DNA of 64,000 bases from Patescibacteria group bacterium (GTDB lineage Bacteria > Patescibacteriota > Saccharimonadia > Saccharimonadales > UBA4665). Position 1 is the stretch's first letter. The number at the start of each line of letters is the position of its first letter. The stretch is taken from positions 12 through 64,011 of the forward strand of contig DATKGL010000028.1 in NCBI GenBank assembly GCA_035510795.1, in the 5' to 3' direction. A program made the position numbers and the translations under genes. Below, piece by piece: positions 1 through 8,523 of the stretch. The notes beneath the pieces are model-generated. The model did not search any database, was not told the origin of the DNA, and saw nothing but the letters and a program-made list of their open reading frames with translations.

Positions 1-2
1 AA

Positions 3-161
3 AATGAACCACTAGATTATGCTGTCCCCTTAATTGGCAATAGCAAAGTTGGAGATTATAGATTTCGGGTTGGAGATTATAGAGTAGTTTTTGATCTTAA
101 TAAAAATAAAATTATCATATTAATGATAGAGCATCGCAGAGAAGTCTATCGTAAAAAGTAA
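3..161 (+). CDS. RelE/ParE-family type II toxin, C-terminal part (5' end lies outside the window)
   Basis: The frame is open from the window edge to TAA at 159-161. It translates NEPLDYAVPLIGNSKVGDYRFRVGDYRVVFDLNKNKIIILMIEHRREVYRKK*, which carries the RelE/ParE C-terminal signature (YRxRVGDYRvv...I.I..I.HRrevY). It is absent from the ORF track because it is truncated. Confidence 0.75.
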   Translation, partial: NEPLDYAVPLIGNSKVGDYRFRVGDYRVVFDLNKNKIIILMIEHRREVYRKK

Positions 162-185
162 TAAGTTTTCTAGAATCTTCTGTTT

Positions 186-199
186 TGCTTGGCTGGGGC
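186..199. repeat. Partial direct copy of the 3' end of the tRNA-Gln gene (att-like remnant)
   Basis: tgcttggctggggc (186-199) matches tgctttggctggggc (292-306) with one T indel. The latter covers the CCA end and 3' acceptor strand of tRNA-Gln. The flanking sequence does not fold as a tRNA. Confidence 0.5.
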
Positions 200-296
200 T
201 ATGGTCGGATCTTCGAACTATTAGTCTTGCTATTGACCCCTCGTCAATGACAAGAATAAAGGCTCTGTTAGCTTAAGCTGTACCCTCTTAGTGCTT

Positions 297-371
297 TGGC
301 TGGGGCGGAGGGATTCGAACCCCCGAATCACGGGACCAAAACCCGTTGCCTTACCACTTGGCTACGCCCCA
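297..371 (-). tRNA. tRNA-Gln (anticodon UUG), CCA encoded
   Basis: The reverse complement TGGGGCGTAGCCAAGTGGTAAGGCAACGGGTTTTGGTCCCGTGATTCGGGGGTTCGAATCCCTCCGCCCCAGCCA folds as a cloverleaf. The anticodon stem is ACGGG/CCCGT, the loop TTTTGGT gives anticodon TTG, and the T-loop is TTCGAAT. Confidence 0.9.
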
Positions 372-503
372 ATTAGAACTATGAGTTAGTAATAATCTAC
401 TCTAGCCCCCTCAATCTTAACCCACAAATTATATAGTGTATATCATAAATGTGAATATTGATCTTGTGGATCTGTTTGATTTGACGTAAAGTTATACTAG
501 GAC

Positions 504-1421
504 ATGAAACAGATTCCAAAGCAAGATCCAGCTGATTATATTGTTACTCTTAACATGAACGGCCTGAAAGGACGAATGCTGAATTTGCCGGCAGTAAAGC
601 GTTCTAATAATGAGATACTTTTTGTTTATGGGAATCATTCAGTCATCGAAGAATGGTTCGAATTCCTAATCGGTTTAAGCCAATATGGAAACGTTACGAT
701 GCCCGACTTACCGGGTTTTGGGGGTATGCAAAGTATCTTTAGGGTCAACGAAAAACCTACAGTTGATAATTTGGCCGGTTACCTAGCCTCTTTTATTAAA
801 CTCAAGTACAAACGGCGGAGAATTACTATTTTTGCGGCCGATTTAGGGTTTGTGGTCGTTACGAGAATGCTTCAGCAGTACCCGGAAATTGCCAGAAAAA
901 TTAAATTACTAGTCGGCATAGATGGTTTTGCGAGGTATGATGATCTTAACTTTTCTCATTTTCAACAATTTATGTTCAAAATTACAGTGAAAATCATCAG
1001 TACGAGGATATTATCGGTCGCATCCAGGCTATTATTGATTAACCAAACAGTGATCAGGCAAACACATAAGCAGTCAAACCGCGGACTTTTACTAAACCGT
1101 TTAACGGCTAATGCTTTTAATAAAAGCCTCGAAAACGACATTCATTTATGGAAAGTTAATGATTTACGTACTCACGCCTTTACCGTCAAGGCTTTACTGA
1201 GCCTTGATAATTGCCAGAGTCAGCTTAAGGTTCCGACGTGGAATATTATTTTTAACCCACGATACTTTATCCGTCATTCGCTCAACCAGCATCTTCACGT
1301 AGCCTACCCGGGCATCATAATAAAAGAATTAAATATCAAGAAAAATAATTACAAGATTAGTGCGGCAATGCTTGAAGCTATTTTATCCCGAAAACTTAAA
1401 CGATTACTCAGCCAAAGCTAA
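504..1421 (+). CDS. alpha/beta-hydrolase-fold protein (atypical nucleophile elbow A-A-D-L-G)
   Basis: 305-aa ORF. The N-terminal part ILFVYGNHS...MPDLPGFGGM...ITIFAADLGFVV has the beta-strand, oxyanion region and nucleophile-elbow layout of alpha/beta hydrolases. The substrate is unknown. Confidence 0.55.
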   Translation: MKQIPKQDPADYIVTLNMNGLKGRMLNLPAVKRSNNEILFVYGNHSVIEEWFEFLIGLSQYGNVTMPDLPGFGGMQSIFRVNEKPTVDNLAGYLASFIKLKYKRRRITIFAADLGFVVVTRMLQQYPEIARKIKLLVGIDGFARYDDLNFSHFQQFMFKITVKIISTRILSVASRLLLINQTVIRQTHKQSNRGLLLNRLTANAFNKSLENDIHLWKVNDLRTHAFTVKALLSLDNCQSQLKVPTWNIIFNPRYFIRHSLNQHLHVAYPGIIIKELNIKKNNYKISAAMLEAILSRKLKRLLSQS

Positions 1422-1482
1422 TAGTTACCTAACTCTATCAATCAGCCATTGCACAGAATACCAATCATGCGATAATAAACGT

Positions 1483-2592
1483 ATGTTCGATATGTTTAAA
1501 AGAAATAAAGAAAAAGAAGTTTGGGTTAATATTTCTAGCCGCACCATCCTAAGAGTGATTATTATGGTGGCTGCTTCTATCTTGCTTTGGATCATATTGC
1601 GCCGTACCTCTCATGCTTTAATATTAATTTTTACAGCCTTCTTTCTGGCGTTAGCATTAAACGCACCAGTCCACTGGCTGGCTCAGGCAATACCCGGTAA
1701 AAAACGGGGCAGCAGGGCGTTAGCGACGACGATCTCAACTGTTATTGTGTTTATATTATTGGCTTCATTTTTCGCCAGTATTATTCCGCCACTAGCAAGA
1801 CAAACAAATGATTTTATTTCGGCGATCCCGCACATTATTCGTGAGGTTCATGACAAAAACAGTAACTTCGGCAAAGTAATAACCCACTATCATTTAACCA
1901 GTCAGGTTAATAATCTGGGCGGCGAGTTAAAAAGCCGTCTACATACCATAGCTAGTTCCGCAGTATCAACAATTGGCCATCTAACGACGAGTGTTTTTAG
2001 CGTTGTTGCGATATTGGTTCTAACCTTTATGATGCTTGTCGAGGGCCCTCGTTGGACTCAAAAAATCAACCAAGAACTTATACCTAATCAGTATCAAGAA
2101 CATCTATCTCGCCTAGCCAATGAAATGTACAAAGTTATTAAGGGCTACGTCAACGGTCAGGTTGTTCTGGCGGCTCTGGCTGCCCTATTAATTACCCCGG
2201 CCTTATTTATCTTACATATAGGATATCCGCTTGCTTTAGCGGTCTTAATATTTATTTTCGGCTTGATCCCAATGGTCGGTCATACTCTCGGCGCAATAGT
2301 CATCTCAATTGTCGCCCTGTTCCATTCTCCTATCGCAGCGATAATTATTCTTGTCTACTACTTGTTTTATCAACAAGTTGAAAATTATGTCATTCAACCG
2401 AGGATCCAAGCTAACACCACTGACCTTTCGCCGCTACTGGTCTTTATGGCTATTGTGATCGGTATAAGCTTTGATGGCTTATTCGGTGGTCTTATAGCGA
2501 TTCCCATAGCCGGTTGCTTAAGAGTATTAATTATCGACTATTTAGAGACTAAACACCTAGTTCATAACGAAACTATAAATAGTACCAAATAG
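1483..2592 (+). CDS. AI-2E family transporter (PerM/YdiK-like permease)
   Basis: Multi-TM protein with the family-typical C-terminal motif QQVENYVIQPRI and an LGAIV...P region. I place the start at ATG 1483 (MFDMFKRNKE), because the track start at 1360 overlaps the upstream gene and encodes non-membrane filler. Confidence 0.7.
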   Translation: MFDMFKRNKEKEVWVNISSRTILRVIIMVAASILLWIILRRTSHALILIFTAFFLALALNAPVHWLAQAIPGKKRGSRALATTISTVIVFILLASFFASIIPPLARQTNDFISAIPHIIREVHDKNSNFGKVITHYHLTSQVNNLGGELKSRLHTIASSAVSTIGHLTTSVFSVVAILVLTFMMLVEGPRWTQKINQELIPNQYQEHLSRLANEMYKVIKGYVNGQVVLAALAALLITPALFILHIGYPLALAVLIFIFGLIPMVGHTLGAIVISIVALFHSPIAAIIILVYYLFYQQVENYVIQPRIQANTTDLSPLLVFMAIVIGISFDGLFGGLIAIPIAGCLRVLIIDYLETKHLVHNETINSTK

Positions 2593-3970
2593 GTCTCTTG
2601 GCCGTGTCTCTTATGCCGATACCATCTTTGGATAGTTTGTTTCTTAGCTCATCGGCTTGAGCCCAATTTTGTTGACCTCTAGCTACTTCCCGTTGAGCGA
2701 TTATGTTTTTTTGGCCGGTGCTTATGTCTGTTCGACTGAGTAGGTCAAGTCCAAATAATTTATCAATAGACTCCAAATATTTTTCAAACTGCTCAAGGTC
2801 TTTATCCGGGATGAGATCATCGCTGACGATAGCTTCGCGGTGGCTAAGATGAGCGAGTGCCAGCGGTGTGTTAAGATCATCAGCTAGCGGGGTTATCAGG
2901 TCATCTCGGACTGCTTGATCGAAATCAATATGACTTTCGCTAGATTCAATTGTTTGCCAGCGTAGAACTGCTAAATTATATAAAGATTTGAGTCTGGCAT
3001 CGGCTGCTCTTAAACTATCCCAGCTAAATTTAGATTGATTTCTATAATGAGATTCTAGAACATGTAAGCGAAAAGCCCGTAGGCTGAAACCTTTATTTTT
3101 GATATCTTCAAGCGTCAATCCGTTGGCTAAACTTTTTGATATCTTTTGGTCATCGATAGTTATGTGATTAGTGTGCATCCAAACTTTCGCTAACGGCTTC
3201 CCTGTTATGACTTCAGACTGCGCAATCTCGTTGGTGTGGTGAGTCGGGATGTGGTCGATGCCGCCGCAGTGAATATCGACAGTTTCGCCCAAGTATTTTA
3301 ATGCCATAGCTGAACATTCTATGTGCCACCCCGGAAACCCCATACCCCAAGGACTGTCCCATTCCATATCACGCTGTTTATCTTTGGGTGAAAATTTCCA
3401 AAGAGCAAAATCTCTTGAACTGCGTTTTTCGGTGTTGCTTTCAATCCTGGAAGATGACTGATCATCACTATCGAGACGGGCGAAGTCACGGTAACGAGGA
3501 AACTTGGAAGTATCGTAATATACGCCATCACTAATTATGTAGGTATAGCCAGCATTCTCGAGTTTTTTGATTAAGACTATCTGATCATCAATGTGGTCTG
3601 TCGCCCTTGGTATTTGGTTGGGCTGGACTATGTCGAGACACTTTAGGCCGCTAATAAAATAGTCTGTATAGAAATTTGCTATTTCCCATGCATTTTTCCC
3701 TTCGCGCTCTGCCCCTTTTTCTAATTTATCCTGTCCTTCGTCAGCATCGCTAACCAGGTGACCAACGTCAGTAATATTAAGGACCCACAGCGGAGAATAA
3801 TTACGCATCTGAAGCACACGAATTAATAAATCATATCTGATGAAAGTAAACCAATTACCGATATGCGGATAGTCATATACTGTCGGTCCGCAGGTATAGA
3901 CCTTAACGGCTGTTCTATCTTCTGGCCCAATTTCTTCGATTTTTCTTGTAAGGGTGTTATAGAGTTTCAT
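2573..3970 (-). CDS. cysS: cysteine--tRNA ligase
   Basis: MKLYNTLTRK...YTCGPTVYDYPHIGN (HIGH), KISKSL (KMSKS), GWHIECSAM and HHTNEIAQSE (Zn/Cys-binding residues) are all present. 465 aa. Confidence 0.95.
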   Translation of the reverse strand: MKLYNTLTRKIEEIGPEDRTAVKVYTCGPTVYDYPHIGNWFTFIRYDLLIRVLQMRNYSPLWVLNITDVGHLVSDADEGQDKLEKGAEREGKNAWEIANFYTDYFISGLKCLDIVQPNQIPRATDHIDDQIVLIKKLENAGYTYIISDGVYYDTSKFPRYRDFARLDSDDQSSSRIESNTEKRSSRDFALWKFSPKDKQRDMEWDSPWGMGFPGWHIECSAMALKYLGETVDIHCGGIDHIPTHHTNEIAQSEVITGKPLAKVWMHTNHITIDDQKISKSLANGLTLEDIKNKGFSLRAFRLHVLESHYRNQSKFSWDSLRAADARLKSLYNLAVLRWQTIESSESHIDFDQAVRDDLITPLADDLNTPLALAHLSHREAIVSDDLIPDKDLEQFEKYLESIDKLFGLDLLSRTDISTGQKNIIAQREVARGQQNWAQADELRNKLSKDGIGIRDTAKRPIWYYL

Positions 3971-4985
3971 GATCGTCGGTTGATATATTGTCCAAAAGCA
4001 TTGTAGCCTTTTCTATGCATTCTTGTTTAATTTGATCGACTGACCGACCGTCAGTAACCTTAAAGCCGCTGGCGTACTCATGGCCACCGCCGCCAAATAG
4101 TTGAGCCAACTGATTGGCGATACCTTTTCCATAGTTACACTTAATTTTGCCTGTGACGCGCTTAGCCGGATAATCTTTTAGGGCAATGGCGATGTCGGTA
4201 TTTATAGTCAACCTCATATCATCGAGAACCAGCATTGACGGGTTGTAGTCATGGCTGTAGGTCTCTATTTCCGGCCAGGGGATGGTTACGATTGCTATAC
4301 GATCATCGGCGTAGTATTCAACACGCTGCAACAGCTGACCTTTATAATGGACTACCTCAGGTTTTTTACGCAGCGAATCTCGTCGTTTGCTTTCTAGGTC
4401 GGCAATTTTAACTCCGCCGGCCACCAGCTTAGAGATTATCTCAATACTCCGGGAGCTGGTCGATTCGGTAGTTAATCCCAGGCTATCAGACATAATTGCA
4501 CTGACTATCATGTTTTTTGCCGTTAAATTCACGGGCCAGTTCAATTGTTGGGCAATTTCGTAAATCGCCTCGCCCGTAGCACAAACCGGATAATTACAAA
4601 CAATTGTGGCGAAATTAATCGTCGACTCGACCGGGTGATGATCGATTACGATAACCGGCTTATGCTTAACCCAATCGATAGCATCGGATTTATTCAAAAA
4701 TTCCAATAAGTTAGATGCTCCGGTATCAACGATAATCGAAAGTTCAAAATTTTTGGGAAAATCAATTTGTACCCGATCCCAACCACTGATGTATCTCAAA
4801 TAGGACGGGATATTAACAGCGCAGTACATTTCAACAGTCTTACCCATATCAGACAATATCTGTTCGAGTGCTAGGGCGCTACCCAAGCTGTCAGTATCGG
4901 GGTTGTCGGCTTGGATTATCACAATATTATCGGCGGCACCGATTAATTCATTAATTCTCTGGGCCTCGGGGTAGGTTTGGTTCAT
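3957..4985 (-). CDS. nrnA: DHH/DHHA1 phosphoesterase (NrnA-like oligoribonuclease/pAp phosphatase)
   Basis: The DHH motif (VIVIDHHPV) and the DHHA1 GGGH motif (FGGGGHEYASGF) are present. 342 aa, typical NrnA size. Confidence 0.8.
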   Translation of the reverse strand: MNQTYPEAQRINELIGAADNIVIIQADNPDTDSLGSALALEQILSDMGKTVEMYCAVNIPSYLRYISGWDRVQIDFPKNFELSIIVDTGASNLLEFLNKSDAIDWVKHKPVIVIDHHPVESTINFATIVCNYPVCATGEAIYEIAQQLNWPVNLTAKNMIVSAIMSDSLGLTTESTSSRSIEIISKLVAGGVKIADLESKRRDSLRKKPEVVHYKGQLLQRVEYYADDRIAIVTIPWPEIETYSHDYNPSMLVLDDMRLTINTDIAIALKDYPAKRVTGKIKCNYGKGIANQLAQLFGGGGHEYASGFKVTDGRSVDQIKQECIEKATMLLDNISTDDHETL

Positions 4986-5587
4986 AGCAACGTTCTTCCT
5001 TCTAGGGCTCGGCCGAGTGTTATTTGATCGGCATACTCTAGGTCGACGCCGATTGGCAGCCCTCTTGCTAGCCGCGTAACCTTAACCGGTATCTTTTCTA
5101 ACTCCTGATTAATATACAGCGCAGTCGTTTCACCCTCGACGCTGGCGTTAGTTGCTAAGATAACTTCCTTGACCTTGTCTGCTTTGACCCGTTTGATTAG
5201 TTCATTAATATGCAGCTGATCAGGTCCGATGCCATCAATTGGTGACACCAGGCCGCCAAGTACGTGATAAGTACCTTCGAATTGACCAGTCTTCTCGATG
5301 GCGACTATGTCAAACGGTTCAGCAACAACAGCAACTGTCTGTTTGTCTCGTCGAGGATCAGTATAGAGGTCAGATAATTGTTTATCGGCTGATATTAAGG
5401 CATATGTCTTCTTGCAGTAGCCGATATTATCGTGTAGCTTATCCAGGGAAAGCGCCAGGTGTAGAGCCTGGGTTTTATCGTGCCTGACTAGATAATAGGC
5501 CAGCCTTTCGGCGGTACGTGGTCCGATTCCCGGCAGGCGGCCCAGATCTTCAATTAAATCATTTAATGCTGGCGGTAGCACCTGCAT
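4982..5587 (-). CDS. recR: recombination protein RecR (zinc-finger cysteines mostly replaced)
   Basis: HhH motif LPGIGPRTAERLAYYL, Toprim region VAVVAEPFDIVAIEKTGQFEGTYHVLGG and ILATNASVEGETTALY are present. 201 aa. It ends ...ALEGRTLL at a TGA stop. Confidence 0.93.
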   Translation of the reverse strand: MQVLPPALNDLIEDLGRLPGIGPRTAERLAYYLVRHDKTQALHLALSLDKLHDNIGYCKKTYALISADKQLSDLYTDPRRDKQTVAVVAEPFDIVAIEKTGQFEGTYHVLGGLVSPIDGIGPDQLHINELIKRVKADKVKEVILATNASVEGETTALYINQELEKIPVKVTRLARGLPIGVDLEYADQITLGRALEGRTLL

Positions 5588-5603
5588 TTTAACTCCTTGT
5601 TAG

Positions 5604-5897
5604 TTATAGGCCGAGGCTCCCGAGCGATCCCATCATTGGCTGCATTTTTTCGGCTGCTAGTTTCTGGCTTTGCTGAATCGCATCCTTAACGGCATCCTCA
5701 AGCCAGCGTTCGAGCTGAGAAATGTCGTCAAGGTCTATCATCTCTGCATTTAAATTGATTTTTTTAATTTTCTGCTCGCCATTAATTTCTACAGAAACTG
5801 CTCCGTCGCCTTTTTCGACGGTTATAGTCTCCTTCTCTAAGTCCTTCTGTATTTTTTTAACCTTCATCAGCATCTTTGCCTGGTCTATACGGCTCAT
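5604..5897 (-). CDS. ybaB: YbaB/EbfC family nucleoid-associated protein
   Basis: 97 aa with the MLMKVKKIQKDLEK...VSVEINGEQKI..INL layout typical of YbaB. It sits directly upstream of recR, as in many bacteria. Confidence 0.88.
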   Translation of the reverse strand: MSRIDQAKMLMKVKKIQKDLEKETITVEKGDGAVSVEINGEQKIKKINLNAEMIDLDDISQLERWLEDAVKDAIQQSQKLAAEKMQPMMGSLGSLGL

Positions 5898-5927
5898 TCT
5901 AACTCCTTATCTACTACTATTATTGTA

Positions 5928-7112
5928 TCAAATCTCAGGTAATTTTTGCGTGTATACCGCTTTGGTGTCTGCATTATTCTGCCAAGCGACAAAGTATTCT
6001 CTAGTATGATAGTTACAACTAAACAGAATTGCGACAGTTAGAATTAGCGCTCCCGCGGCTTTGGCGAAAGGATTGACCGGAAATACGCTGCGCCATAATT
6101 CCCAGACGTAGACAAAGCCAGTAGCGATTAAAACGTACAGAAACGGCAATATGACCGTCAACTCCGCAGGGCCATTGAGAGCTACAAGCCAACAGCCCAA
6201 CAATAAACCTATCAGAAGAATTCTGGTTCGGTCTAATTTGCGGTTTTGCCAAAAAGCTAACACTCCCAAGAGCAGCATGACTGCTTCAAATACATTTAGA
6301 ATAGGCAGGCGGCCCAGCCAATGTACGGGGCTAAAAGGTCCTCGCCAGAAAATCTCGCCAGGTATGCGAATTAAATTGAACAGGACTCCCCTATACCAGT
6401 GGAGATCGTAGGGAATAGCAAAAAACTGCCTGACAGTAGACGGATGTTGAACGAATGACCATATAAGAGGCGACAAGATGATCAATATAAGTACTACGGT
6501 TAAGATTAATAACCTGACGCTACAGCGCTTAAGCGCTCTTAGCAGTGTCTTCCTTTCACTAATAATCCCGGCTAAAATAAACCATATCAAGCCGGGTATA
6601 TAGAAAACAAGGCCAACCGCCAGACCGCTTATGGCAATTGCGAGACTACGATTATGGGCGCGCTTTATCCATATTCCACACGCCACAGGCGCCAAGAATC
6701 CCAATAACATAATATTAGGGCTATTAAAGCGAGCAGCCTGCAAGAACCAACTGCTAGATGCGAAAACTACACTGCCGCTAGCGGCATAGATTATTCCTAA
6801 CCAGGATTTCAAGATGTAAAACAGCAGCAGGATAATGATGATCGCATAAATGGCACTGGTGGCTCTGATAAAAACCAAGGAATAGTGTAATCTTAATATC
6901 AAATTCTCGACAAGATTATAGGGAGCATTTAACGGATAGTGAAATATGGATTTTATAAAGTGGCTGCCTATGTATGTTGATAGCTCTTGGCTGCTCAGTA
7001 GTGCCGGCCGATTAAGCCGGAAAAAAACTAGTCCGTAAGCTATAGCGCAGACGGCCGCCAAGATGGCTGACTTTTGCCAATTCTTTACCAATATAATCTT
7101 GAACTTTTGCAT
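5928..7112 (-). CDS. polytopic membrane protein, function unknown (possibly GT-C-type glycosyltransferase-like)
   Basis: 394 aa with about 10 hydrophobic segments and no soluble domain. The overall look resembles ArnT/PMT-like GT-C proteins, but I see no diagnostic motif. Confidence 0.5.
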   Translation of the reverse strand: MQKFKIILVKNWQKSAILAAVCAIAYGLVFFRLNRPALLSSQELSTYIGSHFIKSIFHYPLNAPYNLVENLILRLHYSLVFIRATSAIYAIIIILLLFYILKSWLGIIYAASGSVVFASSSWFLQAARFNSPNIMLLGFLAPVACGIWIKRAHNRSLAIAISGLAVGLVFYIPGLIWFILAGIISERKTLLRALKRCSVRLLILTVVLILIILSPLIWSFVQHPSTVRQFFAIPYDLHWYRGVLFNLIRIPGEIFWRGPFSPVHWLGRLPILNVFEAVMLLLGVLAFWQNRKLDRTRILLIGLLLGCWLVALNGPAELTVILPFLYVLIATGFVYVWELWRSVFPVNPFAKAAGALILTVAILFSCNYHTREYFVAWQNNADTKAVYTQKLPEI

Positions 7113-7161
7113 AAGAATTTAGATTCAGTATAACACCGATATTAGCCTCGGATGGCGACTA

Positions 7162-8520
7162 TTAATCAAACGTTGCTTCGCCCTGCCGAGACTCAAGCGA
7201 ACGAAACCGCTGTTTTTCTCGATCAAAGTAGAGCTCAATCGCCCCAGTCGGACCATTTCTGTGCTTTTTGACGATGATGTCTGTGATGTTTTTGCGGTCT
7301 GTATCAGGATTATAAAAATCTTCGCGGTAAATAAAAGCCACAACGTCGGCATCCTGTTCGATTGAGCCGGACTCTCTTAAGTCTGCCAGTTGTGGAATCT
7401 GCGGGTTTCGGCTTTCAACTGAACGGCTCAGCTGTGATAACGCTAGAACTGGGACATTCAACTCTCTAGCAACACCCTTCAAACCTCTCGATATTTCTGA
7501 TACTTCCTGGACTCTGTTGACATCAGAACCAAACTTGTGACCGCCGCTCATTAATTGCAAGTAGTCGACGATAATTAGTCCCAGTTGACGTTTATGGCCT
7601 TCTCGCCTGGCTTTTGTCCGAAGCTCGCTGACCGAGATACTAGGCGTATCGTCAATGAACATTTGAGCTTCGCTTAAAGCTCCCATTGCCTGACCTATTT
7701 TTTCGAAGTCACTATCATTTAAATTGCCCGTCCTCAGCGACCACGCGTCGACGCCCGACTCGATCGCCAATAGACGATCAACCAGCTGCTCTTTACTCAT
7801 TTCTAAGCTGAATATCAATACCGGTTGTTTAGCTTCAGTTGTAATTTTATGGGCGATATTTAACGCTAGGGCCGTTTTGCCCAAGCTTGGTCGTGCCGCT
7901 AAAACGATTAAGTCAGATCGTTGCAAGCCCGCCAGCATCTTATCCAGATCGACAAAACCGGTCGGTATACCCCGCATCTGATTTTTATCTTTATGCAGTT
8001 CGTCTAACCGGTCGAAGCTTTCTGTTAAAATCGACTCTAAGCTAACTATTCCGTGTTTTATATTGTGTTGGCTGACTTCAAATAATTTAGTTTCCGCCTC
8101 TTCTACCAACTCCTGCAAATCCTTAGCCTCGTCAAATCCCAAATCAGACATATCATGCGACGCCTTGATTAAACGACGACGCAAGGCTTTTTGGGCGACA
8201 ATTTCTGCATATTGCTCGACGTGTGAGGCGGTTGGAACAAAATTAGTTAATTCAGTCAAATAACTCGGCCCGCCGATCATCTCCAGGAGACCTGAATTTT
8301 TTAATTGATCCGACAAAGTCAGAACATCAATTGCCCTATGGCTTTCATAGAGAACAAGTGCGGCTTCATATATTCGTTTATTTTTGGCGTCGAAGAAGTC
8401 TTCGGGGTTGATAATGTCGGCAATCTTAACAATTGCGTCGCTATCAATCAGAATAGCTCCGAGCAGGGAGGCTTCGGCTTCGGCATTCTGCGGTTGTTGC
8501 TGGGTGGTTGTGCTAGCCAT
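7162..8520 (-). CDS. dnaB: replicative DNA helicase DnaB
   Basis: N-terminal AEASLLGAILID motif, Walker A ARPSLGKTALALN, IIVDYLQLM, and SQLSR...DLRESGSIEQDAD are present. 452 aa with no intein. Confidence 0.95.
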   Translation of the reverse strand: MASTTTQQQPQNAEAEASLLGAILIDSDAIVKIADIINPEDFFDAKNKRIYEAALVLYESHRAIDVLTLSDQLKNSGLLEMIGGPSYLTELTNFVPTASHVEQYAEIVAQKALRRRLIKASHDMSDLGFDEAKDLQELVEEAETKLFEVSQHNIKHGIVSLESILTESFDRLDELHKDKNQMRGIPTGFVDLDKMLAGLQRSDLIVLAARPSLGKTALALNIAHKITTEAKQPVLIFSLEMSKEQLVDRLLAIESGVDAWSLRTGNLNDSDFEKIGQAMGALSEAQMFIDDTPSISVSELRTKARREGHKRQLGLIIVDYLQLMSGGHKFGSDVNRVQEVSEISRGLKGVARELNVPVLALSQLSRSVESRNPQIPQLADLRESGSIEQDADVVAFIYREDFYNPDTDRKNITDIIVKKHRNGPTGAIELYFDREKQRFRSLESRQGEATFD

Positions 8521-8523
8521 TTG

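Noticed and set aside
186-290. Possible second tRNA gene upstream of tRNA-Gln (contains ttcgaac and the ggctggggc acceptor-like end)
   Set aside because: The spacing between the T-loop-like motif and the CCA-like end is 5 nt too long. No T-stem, anticodon arm or matching 5' acceptor strand can be drawn. It was kept only as a partial repeat.
4982-4984. Alternative genetic code (UGA recoded, as in some CPR lineages)
   Set aside because: recR ends with TGA exactly at its conserved C-terminus, and all core ORFs are full-length under the standard code. The standard code therefore applies.
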